A stretch of 64,000 nt of DNA from Syntrophorhabdaceae bacterium (GTDB taxonomy: Bacteria > Desulfobacterota > Syntrophorhabdia > Syntrophorhabdales > Syntrophorhabdaceae), in assembly GCA_963665295.1 (NCBI GenBank), contig OY762209.1:3104001-3168000 (forward strand), read 5' to 3'. Each line of letters starts with the position of its first letter. Position 1 is the first letter of the stretch. Both the position numbers and the translations under genes were made by a program. Of this stretch, positions 1 to 9,925 are shown piece by piece. The notes beneath the pieces were generated by a model. The model did not search any database and had not been told where the DNA came from. It saw only the letters and a program-made list of their open reading frames with translations.

Positions 1-1
1 C

Positions 2-931
2 CGGGAAGTAAGAACGGTATGGATACCCATGCTCGAAGAAGTGAAGAAGAAGAGCGGCGGCAAGGTGGGATACACCATGTACGCCGGGGCCGCTCTCGGC
101 AAGGGACCGGAGCATTTCGACATTGTGGCGAAGGGCCTCTCCGATATGGGGTATTTTACCGCTACCTGGACCCCGGGCCGGTTCCCCCTTACCGATGTCC
201 TTTCGCTGGCAGTTTGGGTGGACGGCAAAGATGTGGCGGCGGACATAGGGAATGCCGTATATCAGCGGGCGCTCAGGGATGAGTTCAAGAACGTGAAAGT
301 GCTGGAGTTGAACGGCTGCATCCAGTCCTTTATCTGGACCAAGAAACCCGTTTCCAAAATGGCGGACCTCAAAGGCATGAAACTGAGGTCACCGGGAGGC
401 CATCAGACCAACTATATCAAATCACTCGGAGCCGAGCCGGTTTTTATGCCCCTGGGCGACGTCTATATGGCTATGGAAACGGGAACGGTGGACGGTATCG
501 TCACCTGCCCCCCTCTGATTCTCGCATATAAGCTTTTCGAAGTGGCCAAGTATGCGACGGTCCTCACCTTCGGGTGCGTCTCCGAAGGCACGGTCATGAA
601 CATGAATAGCTGGAACAGGCTTCCCGCGGACCAGAAAAAGGTGGTGGAGGAAGTCTGCACCAATCCCTTCAAGTCGACGGGAGGGCTGGACAAGGGCGAT
701 TATCAGGTCATTATGAAGGACATCCAGAAGTCGGGGGTCAAGCTTATCGACCTTCCGAAGCCTGAAGCCGAACTCTGGTACAAGAGTTTCCAGGACGTTA
801 CCAGGAAATGGGTTACCGACCTCGAGGCGAAGAAGTTGCCTGCGAGAAGGGTCGTGGCCATAATGAACGAGGAATGTGAGAAGAGAAGGGTGAACCTGGT
901 GGCTTGTCCGCCTGAATTTAAGAAGATATAG
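2..931 (+). CDS. dctP: TRAP transporter substrate-binding protein DctP (5' truncated by window edge)
   Basis: Frame open from position 2 (REVRTVWIPML...). Motifs 'KGMKLRSPGG' and 'LGAEPVFMPLGDVYMAMETGTVDG'. Followed by dctQ/dctM. Confidence 0.9.
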   Translation, partial: REVRTVWIPMLEEVKKKSGGKVGYTMYAGAALGKGPEHFDIVAKGLSDMGYFTATWTPGRFPLTDVLSLAVWVDGKDVAADIGNAVYQRALRDEFKNVKVLELNGCIQSFIWTKKPVSKMADLKGMKLRSPGGHQTNYIKSLGAEPVFMPLGDVYMAMETGTVDGIVTCPPLILAYKLFEVAKYATVLTFGCVSEGTVMNMNSWNRLPADQKKVVEEVCTNPFKSTGGLDKGDYQVIMKDIQKSGVKLIDLPKPEAELWYKSFQDVTRKWVTDLEAKKLPARRVVAIMNEECEKRRVNLVACPPEFKKI

Positions 932-941
932 GAAGAGGCCC

Positions 942-1436
942 ATGGGCACCCTGAAAATTGTGAGAACGGTTATCGAAAAGGTTGTCCGGTTCTCCGGCAC
1001 GGTGGGGATGATATTCGTTCTCCCCCTGATGTTCCTCACTACGGCGGACGTGGTAGGAAGAGGTTTCTTCAACAAACCGATTGCCGGCACCTTTGAACTT
1101 TCAGAATACATGCTGGCCGTGATAATCCTGCTGGGCGCCGCCTATACCCAGCAGGTGAAGGGCCACGTGGCGGTCGATTTTATCACTTCCCGGTTTGCCA
1201 CGAAAACCCGGCTTATGTGCCAGATCGTGACCCTGGTGCTCAGCCTCTTCATCGTTACCCTGCTCGCATGGCAGGGTTTCAAGCTGGGAATAGAGGAGAC
1301 AGGCGTCACTGATCAACTGAGAGTGCCGCGGGCGCCTTTCAAAATGATGGTCGGCGTGGGAGGGGCCCTCCTGTGGCTTCAGATACTTTTCGACCTCATT
1401 GATACCATTACCAGCCTCAAGAGGAGGGAAACGTGA
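942..1436 (+). CDS. dctQ: TRAP transporter small permease DctQ
   Basis: 164 aa, about 4 hydrophobic segments, 'ADVVGRGFFNKPIAGTFELSEY' and 'GHVAVD' motifs. Confidence 0.92.
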   Translation: MGTLKIVRTVIEKVVRFSGTVGMIFVLPLMFLTTADVVGRGFFNKPIAGTFELSEYMLAVIILLGAAYTQQVKGHVAVDFITSRFATKTRLMCQIVTLVLSLFIVTLLAWQGFKLGIEETGVTDQLRVPRAPFKMMVGVGGALLWLQILFDLIDTITSLKRRET

Positions 1437-2740
1437 GTCCTGTTGCCATCGGAATCCTCGGCTGTGCCTTGCTCATGGTCCTCCTCTTTCTCGGGATGCC
1501 CATCACCTTCGTCATGATGTTTGTCGGCTTCATCGGCATATGGTCCCTTTCGGGACTGGACGCCGCCCTTCCCATCATCGCAAGCACTCTTTACGAAACC
1601 GCTGCCCACTACCCTTTCACCATAATCCCTCTCTTTGTCCTTATGGGCGGTTTTGCGGATAACTCCGGTATAACCACGAGACTTTACGACACTTTTGATA
1701 AATGGTTCAGGAGGCTTCCCGGAGGACTCGGTATCGCGACGATCGTCGCCATTGCGGGTTTCTCGGCCATCAGCGGGTCATCGGTGGCGACATCCGCCGC
1801 TTTTGCGAAGACGGTTATACCCGAAATGAGACGATATAATTATAGCCCGAAATTCGCGAGCGGTATCGTGGCGGCCGGCGCCACCATCGATTTTCTCATA
1901 CCCCCCAGTATCGGTTTTGTTGTATATGGCATGCTTACGGAACAATCCATCGGAAAACTTCTTATCGCGGGCATGCTCCCCGGACTTCTCCTTGCAGCGT
2001 TCTTCATCACGATCATTGTGGGATGGGTCAAGATAAACCCGTCCGTCGCTCCCGTGCCCCCCGGCCGGGTTACGTGGAAAGACAAGATCTTCGCCCTATG
2101 GGGCATGTGGGAGACGATACTTGTTTTCCTCATCACCATAGGGGGGATGTACCTCGGTTATGTAAACCCTACCGAAGCCGGAGGAATAGGGTGTATCGCC
2201 CTGTTTATCATCACCCTTCTGAAAAGGGAGCTTACATGGAAACAGTTTGTGGTCAGCCTTTACGAGACCACAAGGGTAACTTGCATGGTTATGTTTCTTG
2301 TGGCGGGGGCGAGCCTCTTCAGCTACTTTCTTGCCCTATCCACCATTCCGGCCGCAGCCTCGGCGTTTATCGGCGGCCTTGGTGTCTCCAAATATATTGT
2401 CCTCGCTATAGTGGTAGGTGTTTATCTTGTCCTCGGTTGCTTCCTTGACGCCGTCTCCATGATGGTGCTTACCATGCCCGTTATCTTCCCTGTTATGATA
2501 GGACTCGGGTTTGATCCCATATGGTTCGGGGTGGTCTGCGTGCTCATGATGAACGCGGGACTGATTACACCCCCTGTGGGCCTCAATGTGTACACTATTG
2601 CAGGCATTGTGAGGGATGTGCCCATGAAGGAGGTCTTCAAAGGCGCCACGCCCTTCCTTATCGCCATTCTTGTAACGACGGTCATTCTTACGGTGTTTCC
2701 CGTAATTGCGACCATATTGCCGGCGCAAATGGGACGTTGA
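1433..2740 (+). CDS. dctM: TRAP transporter large permease DctM
   Basis: 435 aa, very hydrophobic; 'IIPLFVLMG', 'AISGSSVAT', 'LIPPS', 'GLITPPVGLN' motifs. Confidence 0.95.
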   Translation: MSPVAIGILGCALLMVLLFLGMPITFVMMFVGFIGIWSLSGLDAALPIIASTLYETAAHYPFTIIPLFVLMGGFADNSGITTRLYDTFDKWFRRLPGGLGIATIVAIAGFSAISGSSVATSAAFAKTVIPEMRRYNYSPKFASGIVAAGATIDFLIPPSIGFVVYGMLTEQSIGKLLIAGMLPGLLLAAFFITIIVGWVKINPSVAPVPPGRVTWKDKIFALWGMWETILVFLITIGGMYLGYVNPTEAGGIGCIALFIITLLKRELTWKQFVVSLYETTRVTCMVMFLVAGASLFSYFLALSTIPAAASAFIGGLGVSKYIVLAIVVGVYLVLGCFLDAVSMMVLTMPVIFPVMIGLGFDPIWFGVVCVLMMNAGLITPPVGLNVYTIAGIVRDVPMKEVFKGATPFLIAILVTTVILTVFPVIATILPAQMGR

Positions 2741-2765
2741 CAGGCGTCATACCGGGAAGGGGATC

Positions 2766-3239
2766 ATGAAAGAGATAGTATTTACGTTGAACGGAAGATC
2801 GACGGTTGCCCGGGTCGAAGATAATGAGACCCTCCTTCAAACGCTGAGAAAGCGCCTCTCCATAAAGAGCGTGAAAGAGGGCTGCTCTATAGGGGAATGC
2901 GGGGCCTGTACTGTATTGATCGATGATGAAGCCCATTATGCATGCCTCACTCTCGCTTCAAAGGTGGACGGCCATGATGTGAAAACGGTGGAATTCCTGG
3001 GCGTTGAGAATGTCCTTCACCCGCTTCAAAAGGCCTTCGTCCATTCAGGGGCGGTCCAGTGCGGGTACTGCACCCCGGGTATGCTGCTCTCCGCATACAG
3101 TCTTCTCAGGAAGAACAGCACCCCTGATGAGGAAGAGATCAGGGAAGCCATAAGCGGCAACCTGTGCCGGTGCACAGGATACATTCAAATCATAGAGGCT
3201 GTGAAATATGCTGCCGGAATTCTTAAGTCAGAGGGCTGA
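2766..3239 (+). CDS. (2Fe-2S)-binding small subunit of a xanthine-dehydrogenase-family Mo-hydroxylase (CoxS/NdhS-like)
   Basis: 'GCSIGECGACTVL' and 'QCGYCTPG...GNLCRCTGY' motifs; ATG at 2766 preferred over the upstream TTG. Confidence 0.93.
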   Translation: MKEIVFTLNGRSTVARVEDNETLLQTLRKRLSIKSVKEGCSIGECGACTVLIDDEAHYACLTLASKVDGHDVKTVEFLGVENVLHPLQKAFVHSGAVQCGYCTPGMLLSAYSLLRKNSTPDEEEIREAISGNLCRCTGYIQIIEAVKYAAGILKSEG

Positions 3240-4044
3240 TACCAGGGAACAGGCAGTCGCTTTGCTGTCCTCACTGGAGGACGTGTCGGTGCTTGCAGGC
3301 GGCACGGACCTGCTTGTCAGGATGGGACGAGGCGAGACACACAGGCACATCGTCGATATCACAAATATTCCGGACCTTCGCACCATCGAACAGGAGGACG
3401 GCACTCTTTACGTGGGTAGCCTGATCACTCACCGGGCGATCCACATGAGTCCCTCGATCAGGGAAGGTGCGCCAAGCCTTTCTGAAGCATGCGGGTTGGT
3501 CGGATCTCCCCAGATAAGGAATATGGGAACCATAGGCGGTAATCTTGCGAATGCGTCACCTGCTGCCGACAGTCTGTCTCCCCTGTTGATACATGATGCC
3601 CGTATCGTACTTGAATCGACAAGAGGAAAAAGGACGGTCGGGTTGGAGGACTTTATCACCGACCCTTACCGGACATCCATGCGAAGTGATGAACTGCTTG
3701 CCTTTATTGAAATCAATGGGCTTAGGGGTTACAGAGAAGGGTACCAACGCGTTGCGAAGAGAGCGACGTGGGCTATATCGAGACTCTCCGTGGCATGGGC
3801 GGTAAAGGAAGAAAACGGATGCTATCAGGATGTGCGCCTCGCCATCGGGTCGTGCACTCCCATGCCGTTCAGGCCGCGGGAAGTAGAGCGATTTCTGGCG
3901 GGAAAAGAGAAGAGTGTCCGTGTTCAGGGAGAGGCGGTAGCCATGATTGTTGGCGGAATAAGGCATGCAAGTGGGGACAGACCTTCCTTTGCGTACAAGA
4001 TACCTGTCCTCGAGGCGCTGCTCGATGAGATACTGAGGGGTTAG
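3208..4044 (+). CDS. FAD-binding subunit of Mo-hydroxylase (CoxM/NdhF-like)
   Basis: 'LAGGTDL' and 'VGSPQIRNMGTIGGNLANASPAAD' motifs. Confidence 0.93.
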   Translation: MLPEFLSQRADTREQAVALLSSLEDVSVLAGGTDLLVRMGRGETHRHIVDITNIPDLRTIEQEDGTLYVGSLITHRAIHMSPSIREGAPSLSEACGLVGSPQIRNMGTIGGNLANASPAADSLSPLLIHDARIVLESTRGKRTVGLEDFITDPYRTSMRSDELLAFIEINGLRGYREGYQRVAKRATWAISRLSVAWAVKEENGCYQDVRLAIGSCTPMPFRPREVERFLAGKEKSVRVQGEAVAMIVGGIRHASGDRPSFAYKIPVLEALLDEILRG

Positions 4045-4047
4045 ACG

Positions 4048-6201
4048 ATGCGCGTAGGCATGGATGCAGATAGGGTAGGTGTACTCGACAAGGTACGGGG
4101 AAAGCCCGTCTTTGCAGGGGACATGGACATGGCGGGGATGCTTTACGGTTCAATCTACAGGTCCACGAGACCCCACGCACTCATCAGGGCTATCGATGTC
4201 TCCGACGCCTTGTCTCTCCCCGGAGTGACAAGGGTGATAACCTGGAAAGACATTCCCGGCGAGAACTCTTTCGGCATAATGAAGAAAGACCAGCTGTTTC
4301 TTGCGGAAGACAGAGTCCGCTGCGTGGGAGAGCCGATTCTTATCGTGTTGGCGGAAAGCGAAGAGATTTCACGAAGGGCCCTATCCCGGGTAAAGGTGAC
4401 CTACGAGGATATCGAGGCAATTCATGATCCTTTTCATGCACAAAACACGTCGGTCCTGATACACGGCGAGGGCAACCGGCTTTGCCTTAGAACGCTGGTA
4501 AAAGGTGACGTGGAAAAAGGGTTTAACGAATCCGACCTGATTGTGGAGCATACATACGGTACCACATGGGTCGACCATGGATTTCTCGAAACGGAATCGG
4601 GCATCGGGTGGATAGACGAGAACGGGAAGATCGCGATAAACTCGTCCACTCAGAACACGCACTACAAAAGAAGAGAGATTTCCCGGCTCCTTCAGATCCC
4701 CGAAGACCGGTTAAGAGTGATACAGGCGGTTACGGGGGGAGGCTTTGGAGGTAAGCTGGATATGACCGTAGAGGGCTATATAGCCCTTTCCGTCTACCTT
4801 ACGGGCAGGCCTGTCTCAATTCGCTATACGAGGGAAGAGAGTTTCCTTTCAAATACCAAGAGGCATCCCCTTTCCATCCGATACAGGACCGGATTCAATA
4901 AAGACGGCCGGATTATGGCGGTGAGCGCCAACGTTGTGGGGGATACAGGCCCCTATATTTCATACGGAGAGGTGGTCTGTCTGAGGGTTGCGATCCACGC
5001 GACCGGTCCCTATGAGGTGCCGAACGTGCATGTCGAGAGCAGGATGTTCTACACGAATAACCCTGTCTCAGGCGCCATGAGGGGCTTCGGGATTCCGCAG
5101 CTTGCATTTGCCCACGAGTCCCAGTTGGACGAGGCGGCAGCAAGGCTCGGCGTCGATCCCCTTGACATGAGAATGAAAAACGCCTTGAGGAGGGGTTCTC
5201 TTACTGCAACGCAACAGGTTCTCGAACACAGCGCGGGGTTTCCGGAAACCCTGAAAAAGATCGAGCCCTTCTGGAGGGGCAGGAGGAAGAAAGATAAGGG
5301 CGCAGGGTTCGGGCTCGGATGCATGTTTTACGGGATAGGCAACACGGGATCATCCAACCCGTCCCATTGTTACGTGAGGCTTACCGACGACGGTAAGATC
5401 GCTCTTCATTCAGGGGTTTGCGACATCGGGCAGGGTTCTGATACCGTGTTGTGCCAGATACTTTGTGAGACCCTCAATGTGCGACCGGCGGATGTAGTGC
5501 TTGCTCCATGCGACACCGATATCTCGAAGGACGCGGGCTCGTCATCGGCCAGCCGGCAGACCTACATATCGGGACGGGCAGTCTATGAAGCCGCTCTGAA
5601 AATGAGGTCGTATCTCGACAAGGCCGGCTTCTACAACGGGCTTGATCTCAAGGATGTCTATAGCTCCGCAAGAGACCGCGGGGAGATTCAGTTCGAAGGG
5701 GATTTCGATCCCCCCACGACAGCAGTAGACAATATGACCTGTAAAGGGACGCCTTACGCCACCTATGCCTTTGCGACCCACATGACGGAGGTGCGCGTGG
5801 ATGAACGAACCGGCTCATGCAAGGTAACCAGGGTGTATGCTTCCCATGATGTGGGCAGGGCGATAAACGCGAAAAGTGTGAAGGGGCAGATTTACGGTGG
5901 AATAGCCATGGGTATAGGCCTGGCCTTGATGGAGGAGTTTATCCCTTCCAGGACGAAGTCCTTAGACAATTATTACATGCCCACATCCATGGATATGCCC
6001 GAGGTGGAGATACTTCTCGTGGAAGACGAGGAGCCCACGGGCCCATACGGCGCAAAAGGAGTCGGTGAACCCGCCCTGATCCCTCAGGCGGCGAGCATCA
6101 TAAACGCGATAAGCGATGCCGTAGGGGTGAAGGTCTATCAGCTCCCCTGTCACATAGAAAGACTAAAAAGGCTTATAGAGGACGGAAAGTCCGGAAAATA
6201 G
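4048..6201 (+). CDS. Molybdopterin-binding large subunit, xanthine dehydrogenase family; probable nicotinate dehydrogenase
   Basis: 'GGGFGGK', 'AMRGFGIPQ', 'DIGQGS', 'GAKGVGEP' motifs. Substrate inferred from adjacent enamidase and hnr genes. Confidence 0.88.
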   Translation: MRVGMDADRVGVLDKVRGKPVFAGDMDMAGMLYGSIYRSTRPHALIRAIDVSDALSLPGVTRVITWKDIPGENSFGIMKKDQLFLAEDRVRCVGEPILIVLAESEEISRRALSRVKVTYEDIEAIHDPFHAQNTSVLIHGEGNRLCLRTLVKGDVEKGFNESDLIVEHTYGTTWVDHGFLETESGIGWIDENGKIAINSSTQNTHYKRREISRLLQIPEDRLRVIQAVTGGGFGGKLDMTVEGYIALSVYLTGRPVSIRYTREESFLSNTKRHPLSIRYRTGFNKDGRIMAVSANVVGDTGPYISYGEVVCLRVAIHATGPYEVPNVHVESRMFYTNNPVSGAMRGFGIPQLAFAHESQLDEAAARLGVDPLDMRMKNALRRGSLTATQQVLEHSAGFPETLKKIEPFWRGRRKKDKGAGFGLGCMFYGIGNTGSSNPSHCYVRLTDDGKIALHSGVCDIGQGSDTVLCQILCETLNVRPADVVLAPCDTDISKDAGSSSASRQTYISGRAVYEAALKMRSYLDKAGFYNGLDLKDVYSSARDRGEIQFEGDFDPPTTAVDNMTCKGTPYATYAFATHMTEVRVDERTGSCKVTRVYASHDVGRAINAKSVKGQIYGGIAMGIGLALMEEFIPSRTKSLDNYYMPTSMDMPEVEILLVEDEEPTGPYGAKGVGEPALIPQAASIINAISDAVGVKVYQLPCHIERLKRLIEDGKSGK

Positions 6202-6224
6202 GAAAGTAAAGGAGGAGCCGCCTG

Positions 6225-7370
6225 ATGGGAACTCTCGCAATCAGAAATATCGGTGTAATATTCACGGGTGATATTGATAATCCCCTCGTCGAAGGTCCTG
6301 TCTCCATATTGGTTGACGACGGAAGGATAAAGCGCATAGACAAGCAGGCCCTTGAGGCTGAGAAAGTCATAGACGCCAGGGGTATGACTGTGTGCCCGGG
6401 ACTTATCGACTCTCACTCTCATCCTGTATTCGGCGATTTTACCCCACGTCAGAATATGCTCGGTTTCATCGAGAGCGGCCTCCACGGCGGCGTAACGAGC
6501 ATGATATCGGCGGGTGAGGTCCATCTTCCGGGGAGGCCTACCGACCCCAAGGGCACGAAAGCCCTTGCCCTCCTCGCGCAAAAGTCTTTCGCCAAACTGC
6601 GGCCGGCAGGTGTGAAGGTGTATGGCGGCGCGCTCATACTCGAGAAGGGGCTCAGGGAAGAGGACTTCAAGGAACTCTCGGAGGACGGCGTCTGGCTTGT
6701 GGGTGAAATAGGCCTCGGCAGCGTGAAGGCGGCGGAAGAGGCCCGGGTCATGGTTGACTGGGCCAAGAAATACGGCATGAAGGTGCTCATGCACGTGGGC
6801 GGGACTTCGGTGCCCGGCAGTTCCACCGTTACCTGCCAGGACGTGCTTATCGCAAACCCGACCGTGGCGTGCCACTTGAACGGCGGACCGACCGCCATCC
6901 CCGTGGAAGAAGCGGAAAGGGTGATCCGTGAGACGCAATGCGCCATCGAGATCGTCCATTGCGGTAACCCGAAGGCGGCCATGGAGATCGTGGGGATCAT
7001 GAAGTCCGCCGGCATGCTCCACCGGCTCATCATTGGAAACGACGCCCCTTCCGGCACGGGGGTCATTCCCCTTGGCATCTGGAGGATGATCAATTTTGTA
7101 TCCGCTCTTTCGGCAGTCCCCGCGGAAACCGCGGTATGCCTCGCCACAGGGAATACAAAGAGGGTGTTTTCGCTCCCCCACGGTCTTGTGAGGGAAGGGG
7201 AAGATGCGGACCTGCAGATAATCGACGCACCCATGGGTTCCGCGGGCAAGGACGCGAAAGGCGCGATTGAGGCGGGAGACATCCCCGGCATAGCCATGGT
7301 GATTATCGATGGTGTGGTGAAGGCCCAGGTAAGCAGGAATACACCGCCGCCCGTGCGGAAGACCGCGTAG
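6225..7370 (+). CDS. ena: Enamidase (amidohydrolase of nicotinate fermentation)
   Basis: 'PGLIDSHSH' metal motif. Segments 'LHGGVTSMISAG', 'RPAGVKVYGGALILEKGL', 'HLNGGPTA', 'GNDAPSGTG', 'SRNTPP' resemble Eubacterium barkeri enamidase as I recall it. Confidence 0.88.
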   Translation: MGTLAIRNIGVIFTGDIDNPLVEGPVSILVDDGRIKRIDKQALEAEKVIDARGMTVCPGLIDSHSHPVFGDFTPRQNMLGFIESGLHGGVTSMISAGEVHLPGRPTDPKGTKALALLAQKSFAKLRPAGVKVYGGALILEKGLREEDFKELSEDGVWLVGEIGLGSVKAAEEARVMVDWAKKYGMKVLMHVGGTSVPGSSTVTCQDVLIANPTVACHLNGGPTAIPVEEAERVIRETQCAIEIVHCGNPKAAMEIVGIMKSAGMLHRLIIGNDAPSGTGVIPLGIWRMINFVSALSAVPAETAVCLATGNTKRVFSLPHGLVREGEDADLQIIDAPMGSAGKDAKGAIEAGDIPGIAMVIIDGVVKAQVSRNTPPPVRKTA

Positions 7371-7439
7371 GGCCGTGAACCCGGTTCTTTTCCTTCCATT
7401 CTTATGAAGCGTTGAGACAGGTTTGAGAGGTGTCTTGAG

Positions 7440-8963
7440 ATGAAGATAGACCTGGAGAAGTGCAAGGGTTGTGGGCTCTGCGAGGAAGTCTGCCCCCTGG
7501 GGGTGATTACCGTGGAAGGGCGCAAAGTGCAGATAGGCGAAGGATGCGTTGACTGCAAATCGTGCACGAAGGTATGTCCCCAGGGCGTTCTGACACCCGA
7601 AGCACCGGACAAACGGACCTCCTGTGACGCCTGTCCCATCATGTGCGCCATTCCGGAAGGATTTTATGGGGCTTGCCTTCGCTATTTCAACGAGGGCGGG
7701 CAGATAAAGAGAAAAGGAAGGATTCACACCTATGAGGAGGTCGAAAACCTCATGAGGTCGGAGGGTGATAAAACGATAGGAAGGCCGCTTATCACCGGTA
7801 TCGGTTCAGGTACTACCTATCCTGACTTCAGGCCCTCGCCGTTCATCGTGAGGGGTGTCCGGGACGGAATAGATATCGTGACGGTAGTGACCGAGGCGCC
7901 TCTCAGTTACAGCGGGGTGAAGATGAAGGTGGATACGGACCTTTACCTTGGGGAGGAGGGCAGGAAGGTCTTTGTACGAAAGAAGGGGAAGAGACATATC
8001 GGTCATTTGTGCACCGAGGAATATGGCTCAAAGATGCTTTCCATGGGGGGTGTCAATATCCTTACCTCCAAAGACGGCATGTTCGCGGCAAAGGTCCTCT
8101 TCGATTTTTTGAAGGGCAAGAAGATCAAGGTTGAAATCGAGGACGGCCCCACCCTTGAATTGTCCCTCGGAAAAGCGCCGAAAGTCAACGGAGTATCGGA
8201 AGAGCATATGAGGGTGGGGTGCGGCAGCGCGGTTTCAGGCCTCTTTGCCCCCTACATGATGAAGGCGGCGGACGAGGTGATCGTCCTTGACGGTCATATC
8301 ACCGGATTGTTCAGCGAGCACCCTTCGGGGAGGTATCTCAGGAAGACCCGGTCGGCCGTTTCCATCAAAGGCCGGAAGAGTACGGAGGGCAGATATTTTC
8401 TGGACAAGGGTACGGGATGGGGCGGCACCAATATAGAGGAGCCCCTCGACGTGGTCGGAGAAATCGACCCTGCCCGGTGTGCCGAGGGCATGACCCTCCT
8501 TATTACGGAGACCACGGGACGGAAGGCGGCATTCTTCAGGCTGAAGGACGGGCAATTTGTTGAAGATCAGCCCACTCCGGCGGCGACGGAGTTTCTCCTG
8601 ACCCTTAGAGACTCCTGTGAGGACTCGAAGGTGAGCGCCGTATTTGCGGCAGGTGTCGGCGGCTCTGCAAGGGCGGGGGTGACCAGGAACCCGGTGAAGC
8701 TTACGCGGGCGGTCCACGCCGGGAAGGTGTCCATCTCCATAGGCGGGGCGAAACCCTTCATCTTTCCAGGTGGCGGGATCAATTTTCTCGTGGACCTGGA
8801 AAAAGTGAAATATGGCAGCATCTACCTTTCGCCGACCCCCTCCTTCATTATCCCGGTAGAATATACGATGACTCTCGAAACCTTCGAGGAAATAGGGGGA
8901 CACTTGGACGCCCTCAGACCTTTGGAGGAGGTGTTGAAACCGGATGCTTCCGAGGGAGAGTAA
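7440..8963 (+). CDS. hnr: 6-hydroxynicotinate reductase (Fe-S protein)
   Basis: N-terminal 2x[4Fe-4S] ferredoxin motifs, then 'CDACPIMC', 'GIGSGTTYPDFRPSPFIV', 'VTVVTEAPLSY', 'MRVGCGSA', 'AGVGGSARAGVT', 'PGGGI'. Adjacent to enamidase. Confidence 0.85.
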   Translation: MKIDLEKCKGCGLCEEVCPLGVITVEGRKVQIGEGCVDCKSCTKVCPQGVLTPEAPDKRTSCDACPIMCAIPEGFYGACLRYFNEGGQIKRKGRIHTYEEVENLMRSEGDKTIGRPLITGIGSGTTYPDFRPSPFIVRGVRDGIDIVTVVTEAPLSYSGVKMKVDTDLYLGEEGRKVFVRKKGKRHIGHLCTEEYGSKMLSMGGVNILTSKDGMFAAKVLFDFLKGKKIKVEIEDGPTLELSLGKAPKVNGVSEEHMRVGCGSAVSGLFAPYMMKAADEVIVLDGHITGLFSEHPSGRYLRKTRSAVSIKGRKSTEGRYFLDKGTGWGGTNIEEPLDVVGEIDPARCAEGMTLLITETTGRKAAFFRLKDGQFVEDQPTPAATEFLLTLRDSCEDSKVSAVFAAGVGGSARAGVTRNPVKLTRAVHAGKVSISIGGAKPFIFPGGGINFLVDLEKVKYGSIYLSPTPSFIIPVEYTMTLETFEEIGGHLDALRPLEEVLKPDASEGE

Positions 8964-9064
8964 TACCCGCCCCGCGGGTCCGGAGCGTGAGGGCGGGAAG
9001 GGAAGCCGGCAAGCCCACGGGCATTTGCGCCCCTATCCGGTCTTGTCCTCCAAGGCGGTTCGCC

Positions 9065-9925
9065 GTGCTGATTGAGGTCGGTCCGGCTAGCATTGTGGTG
9101 ACAGGATACAGGGACGGGAAGCCCCTGGAGTTCAACAGGAAAGAGATAGAGGGCTGTCTTACCGGAGCGTTGACCGATGTGAGAGATTACCTCCCTGTGT
9201 TGAGGCAGAAGGGCTACAGGATCAAAAAGCCCTCATCCATGCCGGGAGTTGCCATGAGAATGGCCGAGGCAGTAAAGGCCGTAGACGAACTCACCCTGAC
9301 GCCCATGGCGGCAGTGGCAGGGGCCGTGGCCGACGTTGTGAAGGAACGGTTGAAGGAGGGCGCTGATTTTATTTCAGTCAACAACGGCGGCGACATATCG
9401 GTCTTCAACTGCTCGGGCAGAACGCTGCGAATAGGCATCGGCGATATAGGAAGGGCCGAGGCTGCCCCCCGCGTTTTGGGGATCAGGGGACTTATTGACT
9501 ATGGGCTGGCAACGAGCGGGTTCGGCGGGCGGAGTTTTACCCTGGGCCTGGCCGACACGGTAACTGTGGTCGCCCGAACGGGGGCGATTGCCGATGCGGC
9601 AGCCACCTTGATCTGTAATAAGACAAACGTCGAAACCGACCATGTGGTACGGAGGAAGGCGGGTGAGATAGACCCTTGCTCGGACATTGCCGATGAATGG
9701 GTTACGGTGCGAATAGGAGACCTGGATGACCGCCTTATAGAGGAGGCGCTTCAGAGGGGGCTCGCTTCGGCCCTGGCGTTGAAGGGGCGTAATCTCATCG
9801 TTGATGCCGTAATAACATTGAGGGGTCAATCGGTCGGCACCCTGGACGGAAGCGAAAACATATATATGGAGGGAGAGAATGGAGATAAGAAAGCTTGTTA
9901 CGATTGTGGAGGATATCTTCGCTGA
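9065..9925 (+). CDS. UPF0280 / ApbE-like family protein
   Basis: 'TPMAAVAGAVAD', 'NNGGDI', 'ATSGFGGRSFTLGLAD', 'ADAAAT' motifs. Start uncertain (ORF is open from 8987). Confidence 0.85.
   Translation: MLIEVGPASIVVTGYRDGKPLEFNRKEIEGCLTGALTDVRDYLPVLRQKGYRIKKPSSMPGVAMRMAEAVKAVDELTLTPMAAVAGAVADVVKERLKEGADFISVNNGGDISVFNCSGRTLRIGIGDIGRAEAAPRVLGIRGLIDYGLATSGFGGRSFTLGLADTVTVVARTGAIADAAATLICNKTNVETDHVVRRKAGEIDPCSDIADEWVTVRIGDLDDRLIEEALQRGLASALALKGRNLIVDAVITLRGQSVGTLDGSENIYMEGENGDKKACYDCGGYLR

Noticed and set aside
6150..7727. Long minus-strand ORFs (525 aa and 400 aa) opposite enamidase/hnr
   Set aside because: Antisense shadows of well-supported genes; no recognisable motifs
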